From the NCBI RefSeq assembly GCF_009914755.1, contig NC_060927.1: DNA of 64,000 nt, one strand, 5' to 3'. Shown here one piece after another: positions 14,530 through 27,131 of this stretch (positions within the stretch are counted from its first letter, which is position 1; every line of letters starts with the position of its first letter). This DNA comes from the human T2T-CHM13v2.0 reference genome, Homo sapiens. The translations under genes were made by a program, and so were the position numbers. Under the pieces are notes generated by a model, which was not told the origin of the DNA, ran no database searches, and saw only the letters and a program-made list of their open reading frames with translations.

Positions 14530-15640
14530 TAAGCTAAGTATGCCTGAAAAGGGGGTTCTCAGCAGAGGAAACAGCACAGCCTACAATACCAAGTAAGCAA
14601 GAGCTCATTCCATTGGAGGAGTCACATGAGCTGAGTATTATTAAAGTGGAGAGAGGAGAGCAGCGGAAAGAGCTGCATGATTTCATGAAGGGCCTCGAAA
14701 ACTACACTAAAATCTGGGCTTTAATCCTGAAAATGGTAGAGAGGCAGTAAAGGCTTTTAAGGAAGGAGTAAGATCAGATTTCTGTTTCAGAATAATCATT
14801 TTAGCAGCAGAATGGATTAGAGAGCACCAAGACTGGGGAGCCTGGATGCCAGTTAAGAACATGCTATGCTGTAGCAACTCAGAAAAGGAATAATGAGGGC
14901 TTACCCTAAGGCTACACACAAGGCACTGAGTGGAGAAGAAATGGGTTAGATGAAACAACCACCTGGACAGTAGCTGTTTGAGTGTGAGGAGTGAGGATGA
15001 CTAACCCCAAGTTCTGGTTATGACTAGATGGATGGTGGTAGATGAACTCAGCTTTGGACTGCTCAATTTGAGATCACTGGGAGACATTCAAGTGAAAGCA
15101 ACGAAGGTAAATACATACACAATACACATGTAGATGTCCAATGGGCACTGTTAGGCGTAAAGGTAACGCAAGCCATGGAGTAGACAAGCTCACCCAGGGG
15201 CTACAGAGGAAGTCATGGGGTAGATGAGCTCATCCAGGGACTACAGTGGAAGCTGTGGAGTAGATGAGCTCATCCAGAGACTAGAGTGTAAGCCATGGAG
15301 TAGATGAGCTCATCCAGGGGCTACAGTGGAGGTGGAAGTCATGGGGTAAACAAGCTCACCCAGGGGCCACAGTGGAAGCCATGGGGTAGATAAGCTCACC
15401 TAGGGGCTACACCTGGAGTAGATGAGCACAGGGGCTACAGTGGAAGCCACGGAGATGAGCAGATGAGTTTAACCAATGATTGAATGAAGAAGAAGAGGAT
15501 TGGGAAGGAACCTTAAGAAAGAATAGCCCAGGAAGAAGCTCAGGAACAGGCTTAAGGAGGAATAGCCAAAGAGGTAGGAAGAAAACCAGGAAACGAATCC
15601 CTCATAGAAGGAATGACTTTCTAGAATAACTGAGTCATTT
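14530..15640 (-). mobile_element. L2 fragment hosting a minisatellite
   Basis: L2 motifs on both sides of the tandem array. Confidence 0.6.
15171..15467. repeat. 40-bp minisatellite, about 7.5 copies (AGCCATGGAGTAGATGAGCTCATCCAGGGGCTACAGTGGA)
   Basis: Units start at 15171, 15211, 15251, 15291, 15337 and 15377, then decay. Confidence 0.92.
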
Positions 15641-16129
15641 GCTTCAAACAAGCATTGTGCACAGATCATGTTTATTCTTCCTCCCATGCTTTTGTTCCAG
15701 TAGTTCTCACACAGATAATGATGAAATTTCAAGTTTCTATAAAGGTGGTGTAAACATGTTTCTAATTAAGAGTATTTTTTCTACCCAGTTTTAAAGACCC
15801 AGGTTCTTGGTTGGGGGAAATATTCAAAGAAAATTTTAGGCAACAGTTTTGTCAAGTTTCCAACTCAATTCCTTTTAACTCCCCCTACCCTACCTTTCCC
15901 ATGTAGATCCTGAGAGCTGTCTATAAGTGGTAATTGCAGCATGCCTGCAACAGTTCCTGCATTTACAGTCCACCCCACAGCAGTAATCTGGCCTGGCCCT
16001 AGAGACCAGGAAGGTTTCCTCAAGATGCTTCCTTCCCTCCCCAAGTACCCTGTGCAATGATTATGTGTTGCACAGTTGGGGCAGGTGAGAAAGGGGGAAG
16101 GAAAGGGAACATGGATTTACTGATGCAGA

Positions 16130-17055
16130 TGATTCACTGAACTGGGTTTCTAGTCCACCCAACTGCCCACTGGGCTCCTCTTGCCTGTTTCACAGGTACC
16201 TTAGACTCAGCGGGACAATGAACACATCTGGGCTCTTCTGCCAAAACACAGATCTCTTCCAGCATCCTTTATCTCAATAACTGGCCCTCCTCCAGTACCC
16301 AAGCCAGAAACCTACAGTCACTCATGATATTTCCTCTCCCCTAACACACAGTGTATCCAACACAGCACCAAGAACTCTGAATACTGCTTCCAGTACATGC
16401 CTCTCCAGAAGAGTCACTGCCTGTCCTGTTCCAATCTACCAGGATCCTTCCCTAGAACCACTGCAGTTACCACCTAACTCACTGACTCTTCCAACCCCTC
16501 TTAAACATTCTCCGTGCTGGGTATGAGTGAGAACCATCCTCCAAGTTGAGCAAGACAAGGGTTGTTTTGGTTTTACAAACTGCAAATGTGTTGAGGTCAT
16601 CACCACAGCCATACTCTTACCCCCCACCGACCAATGACTGCCCAGGGCTCTTAAGTGAGAAAAAGGTATCCTCAATGTGGCCTGTGCAGCCAGGTCATCT
16701 GGCCTCTGTGTCCTCTCTAGCCTCACCTCACATTCTTTCCTGCATCTTCATAGCTCTGGGACTCCATGGTCCCTGGGCAGGCTATCCTCTCTGCCCAAAG
16801 CATTCCCTCCACAGTCCCTCATCCCCATCTCTCACTTCAGGCTCCATTTTACTGGATACTTCTCCTTAAAAACACCTTTCAGACTCCGGACAAGGTCATG
16901 TTCCCCTACTCTAAACTCAATCCTTTTACATCTATCTGCATGACTATCTGGTGCTTTGTATTCATGCTAGATAAAGCTCCAGTGCCAACAACCATTCCTG
17001 CTTCTGCTCAGCCTTAGCACAAGGTGTGAGCACCCAAGTATCTGCTAAGTGAGCA
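16130..17055 (+). mobile_element. L2 3' region
   Basis: Pyrimidine-rich L2 motifs ending in a degenerate L2 tail. Confidence 0.5.
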
Positions 17056-18451
17056 CCCCCACGAGGCACAGTTAACCCCATGGTCAGAGGCCAGTGAACT
17101 TCCCTTCTCATCACCACAAAGTACTTTCACCATAATTAGTGGGAAGAAGTAATGTAAATGGGATAGAGTTATTAGGCAGGGAAAGATGTTTTGTCTCTCT
17201 TCTTTCCTCTTTCTAAGTTCCTAAAATAAGCTTGCAAGTGGTGGTGAAGGGAGCTGATGCATTTTCAAAGAGCGGTGGCCCAGTTTTCAAATTTGTTCCT
17301 CTCCATTGTGAGTTTTCCTCCTTCTGTTTTCAATATCAAAATGCCTCAATTTATGAGAAATCTAATGACAGTTGGTCACTTCAAACCTCAGATTTTCTGG
17401 AAATCATTCCTTCTAAATCCAAGGGTCTGCTGCCACTGTAGTGTACCAACAACATCGCTCCACTTTGGATTTATTTAGTTGTTTTGCAACAGAGTCATTA
17501 TTCTATCTTCAAATGACAACATTTAATATATTCTAGCATATTCACATAATATACTTAGAAAGTATTAAGTAAAAAAGTCATTAAATGCAGTACACTTAGA
17601 GAAATAAAAGCACTTGAATGATGAAAATGATGAAACCTTAAAAAGGCTGCCAACTTACTTCTTTAGTCAGGGACATGACTAACATATGGACTGTAAAATT
17701 ACCTTTCCCATTTTAGATTCACTTTCAGAATTAGCAACATGTTAATTGTCCTGTGCAGCCACCAAATCTTTAAATATCTTTATATTTTATTAATCTCTCT
17801 AATCAACCATCATTTTGACAAGTTCCTCACTGGATTTAGATATGCAACATGTATGATTATTTTTGTAACACTAGAAACAGGGCCTCTGTGGAGTCTTGTG
17901 GCTCTCTGCCAGCCACGGAGAAGCGTCAGCATGCATGCCCACACGGCAACACAGAGGATTAACTGACCAGGGAAACAACTGCTAAAAGAGCACCAGAGTT
18001 GGGAAACAATTTCAACATCCTGAGACGATTGAAAATATATCAAGAGAATGTATAGTATAACATATACAGAATTTAAAGAGGCAAAACTAAATGGCAATTG
18101 ATGTCAGGAAAGTGGTTATTTTGGGTTGGTGGTGACTAGGAAGAGCATGAAGGGGCTTCTGGTAAAACGTCCTATGTCTTATGAATATGTTCACTTCTTG
18201 ACACTTCATTCAGCCTAACATTCATAACCAGTATCTGTATCTATGCTACACCTTAACAAGCAATTCCTTAAAATATTTTGAATATTTACTTAAGATAGCC
18301 TATAAATAATATAGAATATAGCATCTATATTCTTATTTTAGCCCTACTTTAATCAGTAACAGCAGAGGTCCCTTAAGTTCTCTTAGGGTCTAAAATAATC
18401 TCTAGTCTACTGGTTGACCTCAACAATAATGAAAAACAGTATATATTTATA

Positions 18452-18584
18452 AAATACACACATACATATGTGTGTGTATACATATATATACACACATACA
18501 TATGTGTGTGTATACATATATATACACACACACATATGGTACATACAATGGTACATATATATATATGGTACATACAATGGATGT

Positions 18585-18618
<34 letters not shown>
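18452..18618. repeat. Compound (CA)/(TA)/(TG) microsatellite ending in about (CA)15
   Basis: Read directly from the sequence. Confidence 0.9.
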
Positions 18619-18619
<1 letters not shown>

Positions 18620-20316
18620 CATGCTTCTATTTAGTGGCTTGGGGCAAAGTTACACAAGATTTAAATCATAGATTTATGGACTCATCTGTGTAAACTGATT
18701 TCTGGGAAAGATTTTCACATTGTGTCCAATGGCTGTTTGTATATTTATACTAATTCTATTTCAAAATGCCCCTTATCCAATTAAACTATTACAACATATC
18801 CAGCATGCTCCTTACAGATGACATATTAGAGGTTTACCATTATGTTAACAAGAATAGATTTTGTAATGAACTAGGTATAAATCAAAATAAGTATGATAAT
18901 TCAAATAATATAAAATAAAATATGCTGCACACTAAACAGAAGATGAAGTACTCTTTAGTTCATATATAAATATATTTAAATTGCCTGAACACACCAAAAT
19001 GAATTCAATTTTTTCTAGATATAATAACATTATTACAGAGTTCTGGGTTCTCATAGGACAATGGAGCCGTCTAAATCCAAATCTCTCCATATATACTCAA
19101 AACCAAAAACAAACAGATCAATAGGAAGAGAAGACAAACTAACCATTCCTCATACCTACAACATTAACTAGGAGATAAGCAATGGCATGAACTTCGTGTT
19201 ACATGAAAATAGGGAAATAAACATCCAAATCCAGCAAGACTAGCTCCAAAGCCCACACCTAAGTGGCAAGTCAAGTCAGACACTATGAAAGAGAGGGAAA
19301 TAGAGATCTAGCGATATTGGAACACAGATAAAATCACCCCCAGAAAAAGAAATTTTCACTAAGAAAAGGTCTGTGAACTGCTAGATCAGAGAGTTTCTAG
19401 AGAATCAAAAGGATAGTGCTTGAAAATGCACAGAATCAGATGTGGTAGTTTTAGGAAGGCACCATTTTGAGGGAAGGATGGGGAGGAAAGATTTACGGAA
19501 GGCTCAGGTATCTCCTGGAGGCTGAAGATTATCGGAAAGAAGAAAGCAAAAGGTAGAAATTAACAGTCCTAAAGACACAAGAACAATACTCACACCTCTC
19601 ACTACCAAGAAGATACTCGTTAAAAGAAACAACATTTTACTATACCAGCAGAAAAGAGTGCTCTCAAACTAAAAAAACTCAGTAAGCTACCCAAAAACTC
19701 CTTATTCTTTCCAACAAGAGCTACTATTGCTAGTCTAGGAAAATTTCAAAATGAAAAAAACGAAAAAAAAAAAGCAGATAACATCTGTACAAGGTTACTA
19801 TGAAAATAAAACAGACATTGAGAATCAAAGTATTTCCATTTTTGATTTTGTTCCTCAACAACATGAAAGCAAACAAAAACCAAACAAAACATAACCAGAT
19901 GAAAGTTATAACTCAATAATCAAACCTGAATTAAATAACCTTAAATAAGCATTTAAGAACATGAAAAAAAACTTCAGATAAGAAGTACAAAAACTCAGAT
20001 CAAAAATATCTAACAAATGAACAAAATGGAAGATATGAAATGAAAGTGGCTAAATTCAGTAAAGAAAAGGAAGAAGAGAACAAAATCATCTTAGAAATAG
20101 TGATAAATTACAAAATGGCAAGGGGGAAACTACCCAAATGAAAATATAATAAGGGACACTGAAGAAAAGCTTGAAAAACTAAGAGGACAAAAATAAAAGA
20201 AAAATATGTGTCAAAATGAAAAAAATGACAAGGAAGACAGGCAAAGAAGATCCAACATATAGCTGGAGACTCAGAAGAAAAAAACAGCAGAACACAATAT
20301 TAAAAACTGTAACTTA

Positions 20317-20540
20317 CCAGCCTGGGCAACATGGCAAAACCCCATCTCTACAAAAAATACAAAAATCAGCTGAGCATGGTGGTGTGTGCCTGTTAGTCCC
20401 AGCTACTCAGGAGGCTGAGATGGGAGGACTGCTTCAGCCCTGAAGGTGGAGGTTGCAGTGAGCTGGACTGCATCACTGTACTCCAGCCTGGGCAACAGAG
20501 TGAGATCCTGTCTCAAAAAAAACCCACATAAACAAACAAA
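20317..20540 (+). mobile_element. 5'-truncated AluJ
   Basis: ccagcctgggcaacatggcaaaac...gagatcctgtctc followed by A-tail. Confidence 0.85.
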
Positions 20541-22065
20541 AAAACCCTGTAATTTAAGAAAATGTTCCAGAAACAAAAGAAAGCCTGAAACCACATTTGA
20601 AAGGGCCCATGTGTATCTGTGATCTGAACCAATCAACTCTAAGACATATGCCTATAAAATAATTACACTAATATTAAACACTTGGTCCTCCAAACAAAAT
20701 GACCAAGTCACTTGCTAAAGGAAGGAAAGCAGATTCACATCAGAGTTTGACAGCAACAATGCAAGACAACAGTGGAGGGGCATTTTCAAGAAATTTCAAG
20801 AACTTTGAACCTTTTGAACCAAAGTATTTTAAAATCCAGCCAAGCTGTCCTTCAAGTATACATGTTATAGAACCTAATATGGAACTTATGTTCAAGAACT
20901 TGAGAACTCTTCTTGAGAAATCTTTTGCCACTCAAAGTGGGGTTCATGGCCCACAGCATCTATACCATTTGGGATTTTTTTAGGAGTGGGAATCTAGGCC
21001 CTGCCCAAGAGGTCCAGGTGATGAGTATGCTCATTATTGTTTGAGAACTGCTATACTGAAGAACACGTTTCATAGAACAAAGGGGAAAAGGAAAACTTTG
21101 GCAAGATGACTGATGGCAAGCAACAAAAAGATTTAAACCTATCTAGAACTAAAAAACATATATGTAAATGGTAAACATTCTGACAAAGTAGAAATAGTAC
21201 AACTGAAATAATGAGAGCAGAAGAGAAAAGGGAGAAAGCAGAATACATAAATTGTCAAGTAGATAATACATAATAAAGGATATTATTTTAAACTGACAAA
21301 CCAAACAGTAGAAATCTAAGTAAAAACAAAGGAAATTAGGATATTATAGAATATAAAACTATAGAGGTATAAAACTAACTTTCCTAAATACTTGCTCCCT
21401 ACCAAGGAAAGAAACATGGTAAATATAACATAATACCAGAGTATATATAACATAAAATAATATGATAAAGTTGAGACCAAACATATTCTGCATCTCAATT
21501 AATGCAAATGAGCTTAAGACACTAATCAAAAGAAAAATACCTGACACTTTCTTGCAAAACTAAACCCAATTCTATGCTGTATACAAGAGACACACTTAGA
21601 GTGATTCAGAAAGGCGAAAACTGAAGATATACTAAGGAAAAATAGAAATTAAGAAGATAGGGGATGCAATCCTATTATCAAAGTGGAATTAAGGTCCAAA
21701 AGCATTAAAGAAATATTTTTATAACCTCAAAGATCACAATTAAAAATGAAAATGTAGCAGTTATAAATTCCTATGCACCAAATAACACAGTAACTACATT
21801 TATAAATCACAAACTACAACAGATGCTTTCTAACAGGAATACGCTATTGAATAGACTTTAACAACACTCTTAAACCAAAACAAGTGAACGAAAAGTAAGC
21901 AGTAATTTAAAAGATCTACACGTTATGTTTAATAGGATAGAGGTTATATAGGTTATATATTTCTTATATAAAACATATAGCCTATATATTATATATATTT
22001 TATATATGGTATATATAAACTATAAAGGTTTTCTATATATGCATACACAGATATGTAATAGGTAT

Positions 22066-22432
22066 GTAGTAGTCTCCTTATCCGCAGTTTCACTTTCCAC
22101 AGTTTCAGATACCCGTGGTCAACTGCAGTCCAAAAATATCATAGTATTTTGAGAGACAGAGAAAGAAAGAGACCCCACATTCACATAACTTTTATTAAAG
22201 CAGTATTTTGAGAGAGAGACCCCATGTTCACATAACTTTTATTAAAGTATATTATAATGATTGTTCTACTATTGTTGTTAATATCTTACTGTCTCTAATT
22301 TATCAATTAAACTTTATCATAGGTATGTATATATAAGAAAAAACAGTGTATACAGGGTTCAATACTATCTATTGCTTCAGGCATCCACTGGGAGTCTTGG
22401 AACCATCCTTTGCAGATAAGCTGGGACTAATG
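22066..22432. mobile_element. MER44A-like Tigger MITE
   Basis: Degenerate TIRs tagtagtctccttatcc / gataagctgggactaatg; internal gagagaccccacattcacataac. Confidence 0.75.
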
Positions 22433-23167
22433 TGTGTGTGTGTGTGTATGTGTGTGTGTACAAATAAAACATTACACTGATAAGAGAGGATATACCTTCT
22501 CCTTGGGCACACACAGAATATTCAAAAACCTAATCCTATGTTAGGTCATAGAAAAAGTGTTGATATCAAAAGGCATGTTATGTATGTAAAAGGCCAAACT
22601 TGGGTATTCTTTTAACTAAAACCTGTGTAATATGACTAATAAACTCTAGGCAAAAAGACAAAAAATAAGTCTGTGGTCACTAGCAGAAGTATTCTAACTT
22701 TCAAGTATGTCTACATGCTGTAGAGCTAATATTTCAACTATTTTGAAGACAAAACAAAATGACAGATCTTCAAGAACCAACCTACATTTTTAAGCAAATT
22801 ATTTTACTTTGGAGAAATGTTTTTAACAATCTTTAAATTACACGTTCTGGCTTAATCTTTATCTAAAGAATTCACCAAGATCTATGTCATCTTAATAGTG
22901 GCTTATAAATTATTCCAGCTTTTTCAAATTATTTTGTGAGAATAAAGGTAAAATAAGGGATTCTCATGACTCAGATAAAGTTCTCTATCTTCTAATGTCT
23001 ATGGAAGAGTCTTTTCTTGCATCAACATTTTAAAATATGAAATGAAAAGCTACTATGCTGCATTTTAGGTTTCTTATTGGTATAAAAAATAAATATATAG
23101 GTCTCTAAAATAAAAATGTGTGATCTGACGATTTGTCATTTACATGGTAATTAAAGCATAATCATGA

Positions 23168-23470
23168 GGCCGGGCGCAGTGGCTCACACCTGTAATCTCA
23201 GCACTTTGGGAGGCTGAGGTGGGCAGATCACTTCAGGTCAGGAGTTCGAGACCAGCCTAGCTAACATGGTGAAACCCCATCTCTACTAAAATATACAAAA
23301 ATTAGCCAGGCGTGGTAGTGAGCACCTGTAGTCCCAGCTACTCAGGAGGCTGAGGCAGGAGGATCACCTGAGCCCAGGAGGCGGAGGTTGCAGTGAGCCG
23401 AGATTGGGCCATCGGCCACTGCACTCCAACCTGGTGACAGAACAAGACCCTGTCTCAAAAAAAAAAAAAC
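23168..23470 (+). mobile_element. AluS
   Basis: Full dimer with A-tail. Confidence 0.92.
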
Positions 23471-25989
23471 AAAACCCATAGTCATGAAAGAGCCAAGAGC
23501 ATTGTCACAAGCTCAGTGATGCTTCACCCAACAAACTTAAACCCTCTTCACTCAGTCACCCCGTCCACATTGCCAAGCAGCATCCTGCTGATTCATCTGC
23601 CAGCCCTATGTATGACATCAACTGTACCTTGCCAACAAGGAGAAGAGCTGAATCACAAGCAGCTAGGATGAAAGTCTCAAATATTCCCCTAAAGCTCTTA
23701 GTAATGCAAAAGGATAAAGGTCCCATAGTCAAAAGGACAGAGGACTCAGACTGTCTAAATAAAGAGGCAATAGTCACTGATGCTCTGATAATTGCAAATG
23801 CTATGCCTTCGCTTAAACTTCTCACGTTTAATGGCTTAAAATTCTTTCCAAAGATTAGGGGAGAAAAAGCCATCATCGCTGCCTTGCCATCCTTGCTCAG
23901 TTTAGAACTAATTTTATACTAAATATGAAAACACAGGTAGGTGTATACATGCAGGGAGGAGTAGATAGAAAGAAATAATCTGACTAGGTCATTGGAAATC
24001 CCAATTTTCATAAAGGAGGCTATACAACTGTTCATCCAGTATAATACTGATTCCTTAATGACTTCCACAGATGTATCTTTATTTGCAGAGATACATAAAA
24101 TTCTCAAAACAAAATTAAATTGTTTTTTATATCATATAATAAAATTGACTGGTGTATTGTTTTATGAATTTTAATGCACGTATAGTTTCATATAACCACC
24201 ACCACAATCAGGTACAGAACAGTTTCATCACCCACCAAAAATCTCTCAAGCTATATCTTTATAGTTAGATGAAGCAAAATTAATTTTAATTCATATTATT
24301 TTAATGCTTTTTCCCATAAAAGAGTAATGCAAAACAACAACAGCAATCTCCCCAAAACATCTAGGAATCTCCAACCCAGAGATTCAAATACAAAGTGATA
24401 TGGTAAGGTTTCAGTCTAAGTGAGGAGGGGAATTCATGTAAAGCACATGCCCTGTTCTAAAGGCAAGATTCTTTACTTGGTCATCCCTGTTCTGCATGGC
24501 ACAAACGTTCTCTATACTCTCTGTCTTTGTGTCCTCTATGGCAAAGCCAGGACCTAAATCCAGGAGAAGCTCAATAATACCTCCCCTTGCTTCCAGGCAT
24601 GATAGAGCCCAAGACTTCATCAAAATAGTCGGTAAAGACTCAAACAAGAAATGAGCTGTTAGCAGAAAAAAAATGGTAGCACATTTCAGATGATGGAAGT
24701 GAGAAGCATGTTGTCAAGTGAAACCAAGAAAGCTGACGGATATGTAAGGGTTGGAGAGAAAAGCTGATTTAGCAAAAGCAGGAATGAGAAAGGAGCCAAA
24801 AACAGGAAGGTTAAGGCAATTTCATTCAAAGAACCATATCACTGAGGCTAAGCCATGCCCCTGCCTCCAAGTATCTCTCCTCGAAATAAATTATTTGAAG
24901 TAGAATTTGTAGGCCAAAAAGTATACTTATATCACATGTAAGTTTTATGCAGCTTATTAAAAAAACACTCGAAAGCTCCCTAATCCAATGCATTTTTGTT
25001 GAGTTATTCTACTAACAGATTCTTATTCCATAGTTCCACAATTATCTATTTAAACAAGCTTTGGCCTTAGTAACAATAAAGAAATTCATTCTTATTTTAA
25101 AAACTTTAATAAATGCACAAATAGACAGCTCCTTAGCTTTGACCCCAGTCCAGTACCAGTACTATCCTTGGCAAAAAGCAGGACAAAAATATTTGTTATT
25201 CATAAGCAGTTCTTGCTTTTGCTAAATGATGGTGAAACTGATCCAAATCTGAAATAATAAGCACACCAATCATTGTACTTCAACCTGTCATTTATTCATG
25301 ATGGAAGAATTTCTCTTATTCTGAAAAGGTCAAACTGCTTTGTAAAATACCATTCAAGTCATAAATTCCAAAGTTCAATAGCATCAGAGGTCATCTTACA
25401 CATGGATTCCTTTACATTGAAAATTTTGTTAATTGCCAATAGCATTCTTATTTGTACTAAACAACTAAGTGTAAAACAAATTAACTAAATTCTGCTTATG
25501 AATTAATGCTTATTTACATACACTTGTATACTTGTTTATCTGCACATTAAATATGCCTGGAAGCAAACATAAGAAACCAATCACACTGGCTGCCTCCACA
25601 GAAGGGAATTTGTTGACTGGGAGACAGGAGAGGGTTCTTATCACTGTGTTTTTGAGCCTTTTGAGTTTTGAATCATGTAAATGCATTATTACCCAGAGAA
25701 TAAGTACATAAAATTTAAATAAAGAAGATAATTATTTATGTAAGAGAATACCTTTCTAGTTTGCACATGCTGTCAGCTAATAACAAAAATGAAACTATCA
25801 AAAGACATGAGGCAGGCCACCACTGTCCACATGGGAGGTATATATGGGAAATAATTATTTCTCTAAAAATTTGATTAAATGTTACATTTTAGAAGACAAA
25901 GAGCTGAGTAGAAATGCTTGAGAATGGTTCTTTCTCCCAATGATTGAAATGGCCATCTGAATGCCTTCTGTTTTCAGAACTCTGTTCAC

Positions 25990-26108
25990 GTGTATGTGAG
26001 CATGTGTGTGTGCATGTGAACGTGCGCGCATGAGAGAGAGCGCGCAAGAGAGAACGGGAGACAGAGAGAAAGAGAGAGAGAAGGGGGTTGGGGGGAGGGA
26101 GGGAGGAG
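25990..26108. repeat. (TG)n / (GC)n / (GA)n / G-run low-complexity tract
   Basis: Read directly from the sequence. Confidence 0.8.
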
Positions 26109-26467
26109 CAGCCATGTCTCTGTAGAACATAATTCCCTGACTCAGACAACACTCCTGACAACACCAATACACAGAGCCAAAGGGTGAAAGCCACCTCTCT
26201 GCAGAAAAGTCCTGCACCCCGACCCACTGTCCCAATGTCCACCTGGAAACAGACAGTAAGGCAGTGGAGCATGACAGCTTGAGAGTCAGGATGGGAGCAA
26301 CACAGCAGGCACTGCTCCTGCTCAGTAGCTTGAATGTTATCCAAACCCAACAACTGTCTTAAGGAGGAGAGAACCATATATGTAATTACAGTGCTGCAAA
26401 CCAGTACAGGTCAAAGCACTACTTGTTAGCAGCCCATGAACAAGAGATGACTTGTACCAGAATGTAA

Positions 26468-27131
<664 letters not shown>

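Larger units (their letters stand above)
19030..22570 (+). mobile_element. Very old L1M 5' part (ORF1 to endonuclease) with nested Alu, MER5-like and MER44 insertions
   Basis: A-rich coiled-coil-like ORF1 remnants; endonuclease motifs atgctgtatacaagagacacac and tatgcaccaaataac. Confidence 0.6.

Noticed and set aside
15171-15467. CRISPR-like array
   Set aside because: Units are contiguous with no unique spacers, there are no cas genes, and the context is a primate intron.
18373-18693. Cys/Val/Tyr/His-rich ORFs here and at 28973-29355 and 44158-44567
   Set aside because: Translations of microsatellites.
25882-26377. 117-aa and 162-aa minus-strand ORFs
   Set aside because: They cross low-complexity tracts, show no recognisable homology and have no evident exon structure.
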